Positions 33,457 through 42,358 of a stretch of 64,000 bases of DNA are shown piece after piece (position 1 is the first letter of the stretch; each line of letters begins with the position of its first letter). Made by a program: the position numbers and the translations under genes. The notes below the pieces were generated by a model that saw nothing but the letters and a program-made list of their open reading frames with translations, did not search any database and had not been told where the DNA came from. This DNA comes from an uncultured Gemmatimonadales bacterium (lineage in GTDB: Bacteria; Gemmatimonadota; Gemmatimonadetes; Gemmatimonadales; Gemmatimonadaceae), in the NCBI GenBank assembly GCA_963701965.1, contig OY969695.1, positions 1,120,001 to 1,184,000 on the forward strand, in the 5' to 3' direction.

Positions 33457-33885
33457 CTACGCCGCCTGCAGGAGGCGATTACAGGCCTCCTCGCAGCGGC
33501 GGCAGACCTCGGCGCACAGGCGACAGTGCTCGTGGTGGCTGGCGTGTCGCTGGCATTCCGCGGCGCAGGTGCGGCAGACGCGGGCACAGGCCATGACCTG
33601 GGCGCGGCACACATCGAGATCCATCTCGGTCTGCCGCGTGGTGACTTGTCGCGTCGCCTCGCATACCACGGCGCAGTCGAGACAGAGACGGACGCACTTG
33701 ATCATCTCCGCCACATCCGGCTCGCCCAGCAATGCATCGGCGCACGCCGTACACACTTGCTCACATTCCACGCAGGCCTCGATACAGTCTATGAGCGCGG
33801 TCTCGTCGACTTCGCGAGCCGGCTTGCGCGGATGCAGATCCAGCATCTGCCGAATCAGGCGCTCGGTGCTTTGCATGGTGGCCAT
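33457..33885 (-). CDS. Four-helix-bundle copper storage protein (Csp3/DUF326-like), no signal peptide
   Basis: 19 Cys in CxxxC/CxxC repeats; HASHHEHC. Confidence 0.9.
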   Translation of the reverse strand: MATMQSTERLIRQMLDLHPRKPAREVDETALIDCIEACVECEQVCTACADALLGEPDVAEMIKCVRLCLDCAVVCEATRQVTTRQTEMDLDVCRAQVMACARVCRTCAAECQRHASHHEHCRLCAEVCRRCEEACNRLLQAA

Positions 33886-33908
33886 CGAAGGGTCCTCGCG
33901 TGTGGCGT

Positions 33909-34745
33909 CTATGACGGCAATGTCGTCGCCGCGGTGATGAGTGTCGCGATCTCGCCGAATCGCATCCCATGCGAGGCCGAGGCGAGATCCCCGTCGGCCA
34001 GTTGCTTCGCGGCCGAGCGCAGGTCGGCCATGACGCGCGTGTAGAGCGACACGCCCATGCTGACGCGCTTGACGCCGGCCTTTCGCAGCTCGGCCCAGGC
34101 CACGGCGCCCGCCATGGTCCCGACGACGACGTTGACGGGCTTGGGGGCGACGGCCTTCACGATGGCCCGCACCGCATCCATGTCCGGCGGAAACGGCGCG
34201 TACAGCACGTCGGCACCGACTTCGGCAAAGGCGGTGAGCCGCCGGATCGTATCGTCCAGATCGTTACGACCCTGCAGGAAATTGTCCGTGCGCCCGGTCA
34301 AGACCAGGCGACCCTTGGCCGCCTTCGCCGCGGCGCGCACCCGATCGACCGCCTCGTCGAACGGTCGGATGGGATGCTTCGGGTTGGCGGACGTATCCTC
34401 AATGCCAATGCCGGCCAGACCCGCCGCGATCGCCGCTTCGACCGTGGCCGCGACATCGCTGGGCCCCGCCCCGTACCCGTCCTCGAAGTCGCCGTTCACC
34501 GGGAGATCCGTGAGACGGCCGATCAACTGTGCGTTCGCAATGTGATCGTCGCGGCTCACTTGATGGTGTCCGTCCAAGCGGCCCAGCGCGGAGGCCAGCG
34601 CAGCCGAGGATGTGCCGAGGGCCTGGAAGCCGGCCTGCTTGAGCAGGAGCGCCGAGGTGCCGTCCCAGGCATTCGGCATGATAAAGCCCCCCTCGTGCTG
34701 ATGCAGCGCGAGGAAGCGTTCGTAGTGGGCGCGTTGGGTCGTCAT
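33909..34745 (-). CDS. Isocitrate lyase/PEP mutase family protein
   Basis: MPNAWDGTSA; GTSSA; DFEDGYG; GIGIED; GADVLYAP; PKPVN. Confidence 0.92.
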   Translation of the reverse strand: MTTQRAHYERFLALHQHEGGFIMPNAWDGTSALLLKQAGFQALGTSSAALASALGRLDGHHQVSRDDHIANAQLIGRLTDLPVNGDFEDGYGAGPSDVAATVEAAIAAGLAGIGIEDTSANPKHPIRPFDEAVDRVRAAAKAAKGRLVLTGRTDNFLQGRNDLDDTIRRLTAFAEVGADVLYAPFPPDMDAVRAIVKAVAPKPVNVVVGTMAGAVAWAELRKAGVKRVSMGVSLYTRVMADLRSAAKQLADGDLASASHGMRFGEIATLITAATTLPS

Positions 34746-34935
34746 GGCCGGAAATGTATTTCGTTCACGAGGCGACCGCTGAATCGGTCATACGTCAGCG
34801 AGCGTGCTCGACCGGTGGTATCGCGCGCGATGGTCACCGTCTGCCAGTAAGCGCGGTCGACGAAGCGGTCGCGGGCGAGCGGGATGAGCGGCATCGAGTC
34901 GCCAGACGGCCAGCGCAGGTAGAGCGATGCGCGCC
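34742..34935 (-). pseudogene. Possible C-terminal remnant of an exported hydrolase (DUF3471-like beta domain)
   Basis: LYLRWPSGDSMPLIPLARDRFVDRAYWQTVTIARDTTG; stop overlaps the next start (ATGA); no upstream gene body. Confidence 0.35.
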
Positions 34936-34977
34936 GGGACCCAAAGGATCCCGGCGCCGCATCGAAACAGGGTCGGC

Positions 34978-36906
34978 TTACGCCTTGGCCGCCATGTCCT
35001 GCACACACTTCTGCAGCAAGCGCACGCGCTTGGCGTCGCTCGCGTTCTTCCCATCGTTCTGGAGCTCCGTGGCCAGCTTTTGGAGCGCGCTGGTGCGCGC
35101 GGCGCCCGAAGCCTTCTGGGCGCTGTGGAGCGCGCTGGCGATCGCGGTCGTCCGGGCTTCCGGCAGGCCGTTGTCACGCGCGAGTTGGTCGACGTAGGCC
35201 AACGCGACCGGGAACGCCGCGGGCCAGACGAAATGCGGCTGGCTCTGCGGGTTGTACTGTGAGAACTGCACGAGCCTCGCGGCGTCGATCTCGTTCTGCG
35301 TGAGATCCGCCGTCGGCGTCAGCTTGAGAACATCGAGACCGCGAGCGATCTCGGAAGCGTACAGGTAACCGTTGTACCAGTACGTGCCCCAGTAGCCGGC
35401 GATGACGAGTTGGTTGGCGTCGACAGGGCCGCGATCGAAGTACGCGATCTCCTTCGGGTGACGGGGATCCGTCCAGTCGATGATCGACGCGCCGCCCTGG
35501 TACCAGCCTTGGGCCATGATGTCGCGACCCGGCACCGGAATCAGCCCGCCGTTGTGGGCGACGCAGTTTTCGGTCTCCGTCTGAGCGGCGGGCAACTTGT
35601 AGTAGCCCACTTCGTCCATCTCGCTGCCCTTGAGCGTGATGATCCGGTCCGCGCCCCAGTGATTGGGATCCGACGCCCGGCACTTGGGCTGCGTACCACC
35701 ACCCCACTCGTCGGTAAAGAGGACCTTGGTCGCGTCATTGTTGAACGTGGCCGAGTGCCAGAACGCGAAGTTCGAGTCCGCGGCGGCATTCAAGCGCACC
35801 GGGTGCAACGGATCCTTGATGTTGAGCAGGATGCCGTAGCCGGAGCAGGCGCCGCCCGCGACGTTCATGGCCGGGTAGACCGTGATATCGTGGCACTGCG
35901 ACGGACCCGTCGGGTGGAACATGTCCGGCGGGAGGTTGATGTTGATGCCGGTCGTGTGGAGCTGCGAGACCACGTTGCTCAGCTTCGCGCTATCGCCCCG
36001 GGCGGTCTGAAGATCCAGGAACAGGTGCGCGATCTTCGCCGTGTCCGCGGACGTGGCGGTCGCCGGAACCATCGAGGCGTAGCGGCGCGGGATGCGCAGC
36101 CCGGCACCGTTCGCCGTGTCAGCGTAGGCCAGGCCGTGCCCGCGCACCGCCGTCAGGTCCGCGAAGACCCGGGCGCGGCTCACGATCTTGGCCTGTTCGG
36201 GATGCGCGAGCGGCACCCGGATGACCTCGACGCGGAACAGGGCGCTCTGCGCGTCATTCGCGTCGCCGGTCGCGACACACTCGCCCATCTCTCCTTGGGA
36301 GCGGACGCGGGCCAGGCCCGAGACATAGACGTAGACGACGCTCTTGTCCGTCGGATCAGGCACCAGCGTGTGCGTGTGCGATCCACGGCACGTCTGCACG
36401 TCGGCGACTTGCTTCGGCTGCGTCGGGTTGGAGATATCGAAAATGCGGATGCCGACCATGCGCTCTTTGCTGACGGAGTCTTTCAGTCCTTCCGTACTGC
36501 AGTCCAACCGACTGCCGCCATTTTCGGCCGACACGAAGAGCAGGTGGCCCCAGATCGAGACGTCACCCTGCTCCGTGAAGCAGAGCTCGGCGTGCGTCAG
36601 GGTCGGCTTGAGCGGATTGGCGACATCCCAGATCTGGAAGCCGCTGAAATTACCCTGGTACACATAGTGGCCACCGAACGCCAAATCCGAATTCGCGTAC
36701 GTGAGTCCGCCCGGGGCGTCCGGGTGGAACATGGCGTCCTTGTGGACATTCGCGACGAGCGCCAAGCCTTTGGCGGCAACGCCGGCATCATAGAGGCCGG
36801 GCTTGAGGTGGGCGCGCGGGTCGGTGGTGTCCGACTGCGCGAGCGCTGCGGTGGCCAGAGCCAGCGGCGCGAGCGCGAGGAGGAAAGTCGTCTGGCGTCG
36901 TGTCAT
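34978..36906 (-). CDS. Secreted LVIVD-repeat (beta-propeller) protein
   Basis: Signal peptide; NSDLAF, QGDVS, GIRIFDIS, CRGSHTHTLV, CHDIT, FWHSATF, DEWGGG, NCVAHNG, IAYFDRGP. Confidence 0.85.
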   Translation of the reverse strand: MTRRQTTFLLALAPLALATAALAQSDTTDPRAHLKPGLYDAGVAAKGLALVANVHKDAMFHPDAPGGLTYANSDLAFGGHYVYQGNFSGFQIWDVANPLKPTLTHAELCFTEQGDVSIWGHLLFVSAENGGSRLDCSTEGLKDSVSKERMVGIRIFDISNPTQPKQVADVQTCRGSHTHTLVPDPTDKSVVYVYVSGLARVRSQGEMGECVATGDANDAQSALFRVEVIRVPLAHPEQAKIVSRARVFADLTAVRGHGLAYADTANGAGLRIPRRYASMVPATATSADTAKIAHLFLDLQTARGDSAKLSNVVSQLHTTGININLPPDMFHPTGPSQCHDITVYPAMNVAGGACSGYGILLNIKDPLHPVRLNAAADSNFAFWHSATFNNDATKVLFTDEWGGGTQPKCRASDPNHWGADRIITLKGSEMDEVGYYKLPAAQTETENCVAHNGGLIPVPGRDIMAQGWYQGGASIIDWTDPRHPKEIAYFDRGPVDANQLVIAGYWGTYWYNGYLYASEIARGLDVLKLTPTADLTQNEIDAARLVQFSQYNPQSQPHFVWPAAFPVALAYVDQLARDNGLPEARTTAIASALHSAQKASGAARTSALQKLATELQNDGKNASDAKRVRLLQKCVQDMAAKA

Positions 36907-37565
36907 GAGGGGTGAGTGGAGTTGAGCTTCTGCAAGATGGCCTGCATGCGTGCGATCTCGACCCGCTGTCCGGAATCGACATCGGTAGCCAGTCCGAAGA
37001 GGTCGGACTGCTGCCCGCCGCCAGGGCTCGCGAAGAGATCCGCGACCATAGCGATGGCGCCTTGGTGGTGCTTGATCATCCCGGTCAGATACAGCCGATC
37101 GAACTCCGCACCGTGCGCCGCATCCAGCTGGCGCATCTGATCGGCCGTCAGCATCCCATTCATCATCATCATGGGTCCCGTGCCCATGTCCATACCGGGC
37201 ATGTGCATCGGGCTCGTGTCGACTATGGGGCCCTTTGCGTGCGACGCCATGTGCAGTGGATCGGGCGCGGGCAGACCGCGCTGCCGGAGCCAATTCTGCA
37301 TCACCGTGATCTCGTCGCGTTGCGACAGGGCGATGCGCCCGCACAGGGTCACCAGATCAGGGCTCGCGCCATGCGTCGTCGCCCAATCTGACATGACGAC
37401 CGCTTGGGCGTGGTGCATGATCATGCCCTGCATGAACTCGACGTCGCCTTTCGTAAAATCCGTGGGCCCGGATCCGGTCTGGGCCTGGACCCGGGCCCCG
37501 CCGGCGCATAGTGCAACTGCCGCAATGGCGATACGCAGTGGCAGCACTTTCATGCATGTAGACAT
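36903..37565 (-). CDS. DUF305-domain exported protein, Met/His-rich
   Basis: DVEFMQGMIMHHAQA and FDRLYLTGMIKHHQGA (two HH motifs); MHMPGMDMGTGPMMMMNGM. Confidence 0.9.
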   Translation of the reverse strand: MSTCMKVLPLRIAIAAVALCAGGARVQAQTGSGPTDFTKGDVEFMQGMIMHHAQAVVMSDWATTHGASPDLVTLCGRIALSQRDEITVMQNWLRQRGLPAPDPLHMASHAKGPIVDTSPMHMPGMDMGTGPMMMMNGMLTADQMRQLDAAHGAEFDRLYLTGMIKHHQGAIAMVADLFASPGGGQQSDLFGLATDVDSGQRVEIARMQAILQKLNSTHPS

Positions 37566-37703
37566 CACGCCTCTAGAACGCGTTCGCTACAGGAATTGTT
37601 GGGAAATCGTTTGGAACCAATAGATCCGGAAGCGTTTCGGACAAACTGACGATTTTTGATCGTCGCATACATTACGAGCGACTTCCAGGAGAGGGCTTTC
37701 CCG

Positions 37704-39293
37704 ATGGTCCGAGCGCTCACCGGCTTGGTCGAGCAGGTCGTGTCGGCATCCGGCGAGCCCGAAGAGGCCCGGCGTCGCAAGGTTCAGTTCACGCTTGCGT
37801 CCATCCTCGTAGTGCCGGCCGGCCTCATCTGGGGCGCGCTCTACTTCGCGAATGGGGAGCGCGCGGTCGCGGCGATCCCCACGGCCTACGCGGTCTTGAC
37901 CGCGCTGGATGTGGCACTGCTCCTGGCGATCCGGCGTTACACCCTGTTTCGGCGAGTTCAGCAGTTTCTGATTCTGGGGCTGCCGATCGCACTGCAGCTG
38001 GCGCTCGGGGGCTTCGTCGGTGGCAGCGTCGTGATTCTTTGGGCGTTCCTGGCCGTGTTGCAGGGCGCGTTGTTCGGGGAGGGGCGCGAGCCGCTGTGGT
38101 GGTTCGGTGCCTACGTCCTGGCGGTCATCGTGGTGGCGATCCTTCAGCCGAACATCGTCGTACGGAACCACCTGCCCGCCTGGCTCATCCTCGGCTTTTA
38201 CGTGCTGAACGTGGTGACGGTGTCTTCCGTGGCGTTCGTCATCCTCTACTCCTTCGTCACCGATCGGCGCCGGTTGCGCGAGCTGGAGGTGGCGTACCTC
38301 AAGCAAGACCTGACGCTCCGCCAGGCCGAGAAGTTGGCGACCCTGGGCACGCTGGCCGCCGGAGTGGCGCATGAGCTGAACAATCCGGCGGCGGCGACGC
38401 GGCGGGCGGCCGACCAACTGCGGGAGGCGTTCGCGAGCCTGGAACAGGCGCATCTGCGCCTGCAGTCAGTCACGTTGACGAGCGAGGGTCGCCAGGCGCT
38501 GCGGTCGCTCGAGTCCGAGATCCGCGCCGGCGCGGCGCGACAGCCCGAGCTCGACGCGTTGGCGCGGTCGGACCGGAGCGCCCAGGTGGAGGAATGGCTG
38601 GATGCGCGGGGCGTGCCGGAGGCGTGGGATCTGGCGCCGATGCTCGTTGACGCGGGCTTGGGGACCGCGGAGCTCTTACCGTTGGCGGCCGTGCTCGACG
38701 GCGACGCGCTGGCGGCCGCCCTCACGTGGGCGGCGAGCGCTATTCCTGTCTATGGATTGCTCCGCGACATCGGCCAGGGATCCACACGCATCTCGGATAT
38801 CGTGGGAGCGCTCAAGACCTACACATACCTGGGGCAGGCGCCGGTGCAGGCCGTCAATGTGCACGCGGGCCTCGACACGACGGTGACGATGCTACACAAC
38901 CGGCTGCGCGATGGCATCACGGTCGTGCGCGACTATGACCCCGAGTTGCCAGCGGTGCCGGGACATGGCAGCGAGCTCAATCAGGTGTGGACGAGCCTTC
39001 TGGAAAATGCCGTGGATGCCGTGGCCGAACACGGCGCGATCACGATTCGCACGCGGCGGACGGACGGGTGGGCGGTCGTCGACATCGAAGACGACGGCCC
39101 GGGGATACCCCCGTCAGTGCAGCCGCGCGTCTTCGATCCTTTCTTCACGACCAAACCACCCGGCAAGGGCGCGGGGCTTGGGTTGTCCGTCAGTCACAGC
39201 ATCATCACGGACAAGCACAAGGGCACGATTGCGCTGGAATCCCGGCCCGGGCTCACCCGATTCACCGTGCGGTTGCCGCTCGTCGCGACCTGA
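37704..39293 (+). CDS. Multi-TM sensor histidine kinase
   Basis: RBS AGGAG; about 6 TM segments; EKLATLGTLAAGVAHELNNPA; ELNQVWT; DDGPGIP; FFTTKPPGKGAGLGL. Confidence 0.92.
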   Translation: MVRALTGLVEQVVSASGEPEEARRRKVQFTLASILVVPAGLIWGALYFANGERAVAAIPTAYAVLTALDVALLLAIRRYTLFRRVQQFLILGLPIALQLALGGFVGGSVVILWAFLAVLQGALFGEGREPLWWFGAYVLAVIVVAILQPNIVVRNHLPAWLILGFYVLNVVTVSSVAFVILYSFVTDRRRLRELEVAYLKQDLTLRQAEKLATLGTLAAGVAHELNNPAAATRRAADQLREAFASLEQAHLRLQSVTLTSEGRQALRSLESEIRAGAARQPELDALARSDRSAQVEEWLDARGVPEAWDLAPMLVDAGLGTAELLPLAAVLDGDALAAALTWAASAIPVYGLLRDIGQGSTRISDIVGALKTYTYLGQAPVQAVNVHAGLDTTVTMLHNRLRDGITVVRDYDPELPAVPGHGSELNQVWTSLLENAVDAVAEHGAITIRTRRTDGWAVVDIEDDGPGIPPSVQPRVFDPFFTTKPPGKGAGLGLSVSHSIITDKHKGTIALESRPGLTRFTVRLPLVAT

Positions 39294-39335
39294 TGGCGCG
39301 CCGTGGGCGCGCGCTTTGCGGGACACCGTCTGGTC

Positions 39336-39821
39336 ATGCGACCCTATACGCCCGGCGGTGTCGGGATCGGTCTCCTGTGTATGATGGCTTGTGGAGGCGG
39401 AGACAAGTCGGCGAGTAGCAGCGCCGGCAATACGACGAGCACGGCGGCGCCGTCACCGGCGCCGGCGCCCTCGGCCGCGGCGCCGGGGAAGACCATCGAC
39501 GTCAAGATGGTGGGCGATACCAAGGGCTACCGGTTCGATCCGGCCACCATCACCGTCACGGTAGGTGATGGGGTGCGGTTCACGAACGTCAGTGGCGGGC
39601 CGCACGACGTGACGTTCTGGTCGGACAGCATTCCGGCGGGCGCGCAGCAGGTGCTTCAGGCCAACATGCCAGCGACGACGGCGCCGCTGACAGGGCCTCT
39701 CCTGATCTCGCCGAATGACACGTACGTGGTGTCGTTCGCCGGGGCGAAGCCTGGCGCGTACCACTTCTATTGCACGCCGCACTTGGCTCTGGGGATGCGC
39801 GGCACACTGACCGTGCAGTAG
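39336..39821 (+). CDS. Plastocyanin/azurin-family blue copper lipoprotein
   Basis: Lipobox MMAC; GGPHDVTF; YHFYCTPHLALGMRG (His-Cys-His-Met ligand set complete). Confidence 0.92.
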   Translation: MRPYTPGGVGIGLLCMMACGGGDKSASSSAGNTTSTAAPSPAPAPSAAAPGKTIDVKMVGDTKGYRFDPATITVTVGDGVRFTNVSGGPHDVTFWSDSIPAGAQQVLQANMPATTAPLTGPLLISPNDTYVVSFAGAKPGAYHFYCTPHLALGMRGTLTVQ

Positions 39822-39901
39822 CCGCTGATCGTTCGCCGATGCCGTTGCGCGTGGGCCGCAGTCGTGTAGCATCGCCCGTGTGAATTCTGGGACCGTCCCA
39901 G

Positions 39902-40872
39902 TTGGCCGAGGGACGGGGGGGTTGTCATCGCGGTGCTCGCGCGGCGTGTCCCCCTCGACAGAGGAACGCCCCTTGCACCGCGCGTCGAGCCATCGTGTGG
40001 TCATCGACGATCGCCACGCTCCCGCAGTGGATCAGTACGCTCGCCGATGCGCTACCGGTGGGCGTGGCCATCGCGCGCGCGCAGGATGGAGAGCTCCTTT
40101 ACGCGAACGAGCAGCTGACCGCCACGCTGGGCGCGGACGGCGCGATGGCGGCACCTGAGGCGTGGCACACGTTCTGGAGCGACGTGAGGGCGCGGGCGGT
40201 CCTGCGCCTCGCGATGGATCGTGATGGCGTGCGGGACGTGGCGCTTCGCCATCGGCGGCTCGATGGCTCGTCTGTCGACATGATGGCCTCCGTCCAGCGC
40301 GTGCGGTACGGGGCGGAAGACGCGCTGCTCACGACGCTGGTGGACGTGACGCCGCAACGGCGCATCGAACGGGAGCTCGAAGACGCCGAGCGGCAGGCCT
40401 GGCTGCTGCGGCGCTCGATCAGACGCCGCGGCAGTTGGTCAATGTGCGCGTCGGGCTCGAGGCAACGCTCGTCATGATGCGGCGCAAGCTGACCGCCGGA
40501 CTGACGGTGCGCCGCGAGTACGCGGATGCGCTACCCGCCGTGGTGGCGAACGGCGGCGAGCTCAATCTCGTGTGGACCAGTGTGATCGAGAACGCCGTCG
40601 AGGCCTTGGGGGAACAGGGGACCATCACCGTCCGCGCGCTGCATGAAGGGGAGGAAGTCATCGTGCGTATCGAGGATGACGGACCTGGTATCCCGCCGAC
40701 TATCCTCCCGCGGGTATTCGATCCCTTCTTTACCACCAAGGCTCCAGGCACCGGCGCCGGGCTCGGCCTCTCGATGAGCTACAGCCTCGTCGTCGAGCAG
40801 CACTACGGGCGCATGGCGATCGAGTCGGTGCCGGGGTGTACCTGCGTGACGGTCGCTCTTCCGTTGGGGTAA
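39902..40872 (+). pseudogene. PAS plus HATPase_c kinase lacking the DHp/H-box, with a frame break near 40410
   Basis: PAS in 39902-40477 (LPVGVAIAR...YANE...DVTPQRRIE); HATPase in 40435-40872 (ELNLVWT, DDGPGIP, FFTTKAPGTGAGLGL); no HELNNP between them. Confidence 0.65.
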
Positions 40873-40900
40873 CGCCTGTCGGCGTTGCGCGAGATGCAAG

Positions 40901-40917
40901 CGTACCAAGGGCCACTC
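40901..40917 (+). promoter_or_regulatory. Candidate regulator site, ACCAA-core motif copy 4 (CGTACCAAGGGCCACTC)
   Basis: About 100 nt upstream of the 41015 start; weaker match than copies 1-3. Confidence 0.3.
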
Positions 40918-41014
40918 GCGGAGAAGCAGGACTCGGGGCAAGCTATTAGGACTTGACTTCGTTGCGCTGGCGGGTCGAGCAAGGTCGAGGGCGATTACGA
41001 CACAGGAGAAGGAT

Positions 41015-41518
41015 ATGGGCACTGGCGAAGCTCATGGTCGCAAGGGGTCGCCGAAGCAATCCGAGATGTCTGCCACCACGGAGACGGCGACGAAGCTCGT
41101 TTCGTTCACGATAAATGCACAGACCGCTCGAGTCGTCAAGCTCGAGGGCTTGGATCCCGGCGGCGGGCGCCATGAGCTCTCTGACGATGAGAAGGCCAGT
41201 CTGGCCGAGGACGTCAAAGCGGACCCGATCGAGGAAGCGCTCGAGCAGGCGTTCGAGGCTGGGATCGCCTGCGTGCTGGACACCGAAGTGCCGCTAGACC
41301 GATCGAGCGAGTCGGCTGAGGACGCGGAACTCCGACATCTCCTCCTCACGCCACTCATCGCCCAGAGCCCGGCCAAGCGTTGGATGGAGCGCGAGGTCCT
41401 GAATCGCGTCATTCTGGAAACGTTGATCGAACACTCGATGGATCAGCGCGCGGCGTCAGACCGGACGACCTCAACCTCACGAAACGATCCGCACGACACC
41501 CAGGAGGATTCTGTATGA
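41015..41518 (+). CDS. Acidic hypothetical protein, partner of the repeat protein
   Basis: RBS AGGAG 6 nt upstream; KLVSFTINAQTARVVKLEGLD...LEQAFEAGIACVL...; stop overlaps the next start (ATGA). Confidence 0.8.
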   Translation: MGTGEAHGRKGSPKQSEMSATTETATKLVSFTINAQTARVVKLEGLDPGGGRHELSDDEKASLAEDVKADPIEEALEQAFEAGIACVLDTEVPLDRSSESAEDAELRHLLLTPLIAQSPAKRWMEREVLNRVILETLIEHSMDQRAASDRTTSTSRNDPHDTQEDSV

Positions 41519-42321
41519 CGAGCAGCACAATGGACGATGTCGATCTCGGGACGGCCGCCGTTGGCGGTATGGCCCGGCGCCGCCGAGCGCGCCGCACGCT
41601 GCTCGCGCTTCTCATGCGCGAGCGGAACCAACAAGGTCAACAAGGTGATGACGACATCGACGAGGGCGGCGACGAGGATGTCGGCGGCGATGGTGACGAG
41701 AAGGAGGGTCAGCTGGTACGGCTGCTGATCGGGAGTCGAATTCTCAAGCGCCGTCGCGTCCGTCGCGCCCTGATCGCGCATCTGCTCCGCGAGGGCGGGG
41801 GCGGCGGAGAGGAAGAAGGTGAAGAGGACGAAGGCGGCGACAACGGCGCTGCCGAGGAAGGGGGCGACCGGGACCAGCGGTTCGTGCGGATGGTGATCGG
41901 CAGTCGGATTCTGCGGAAGCGGCGGTTGCGCCGCTTGCTCGTCGCCAAGTTGCTGCGGGACAGAGCGGGCGGGCAGGACGACGAGAGCGAGGAGGACGGC
42001 GACGAGGACGCGGGGGACGCGGAGACGGGAGACAAGGATCGCCAGCTCATGCGGCTCTTGGTCGGCAGTCGCGTACTCCGGCGTCGCCGCATCCGTCGCG
42101 CACTCGTGGCGCACCTGCTCAAGGAACGCAGCAGCAGCGGCGGCGGTGAGGACGAGTTCGACGAAGGGGATGAGGGCGAGGAGGATGGCGACGAGGAAGG
42201 CGGCGACGATGACCAGCGCATTGCGCGTCTCTTGGTCGGCAGTCGCATGATTCGGCGCCGGCGGGTGCGTCGCGCCCTACTGGCGCACCTTCTTCGGGAG
42301 AAGCAGGAAGACGTCGCCTGA
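41515..42321 (+). CDS. 268-aa tandem-repeat protein: Arg-rich amphipathic helices alternating with Asp/Glu/Gly tracts
   Basis: RBS AGGAGG at 41502-41507; repeats conserved at protein level with synonymous divergence. Confidence 0.85.
   Translation: MTSSTMDDVDLGTAAVGGMARRRRARRTLLALLMRERNQQGQQGDDDIDEGGDEDVGGDGDEKEGQLVRLLIGSRILKRRRVRRALIAHLLREGGGGGEEEGEEDEGGDNGAAEEGGDRDQRFVRMVIGSRILRKRRLRRLLVAKLLRDRAGGQDDESEEDGDEDAGDAETGDKDRQLMRLLVGSRVLRRRRIRRALVAHLLKERSSSGGGEDEFDEGDEGEEDGDEEGGDDDQRIARLLVGSRMIRRRRVRRALLAHLLREKQEDVA
41710..42300 (+). repeat. Four complete protein-level repeats R(L/M)(L/V)(I/V)GSR(I/V/M)(L/I)(R/K)(R/K)RR(V/L/I)RR(A/L)L(I/V/L)A(H/K)LL(R/K)(E/D), plus a partial copy at ~41563-41622
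   Basis: GS codons at 41731, 41899, 42064 and 42238 (spacing 168, 165, 174 nt). Confidence 0.92.
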
Positions 42322-42358
42322 GGACGACCGAACGGACGCGATCATTGACGACCATCCT

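Noticed and set aside
41515..42321. Repeat region as a CRISPR array or DNA tandem repeat
   Set aside because: Repeats are conserved as protein with synonymous divergence; no identical DNA repeats and no cas genes
41515..42321. Classical RiPP precursor or Tat substrate
   Set aside because: No modifying enzymes or peptidase-ABC exporter nearby; the RR runs are not followed by a Tat hydrophobic region
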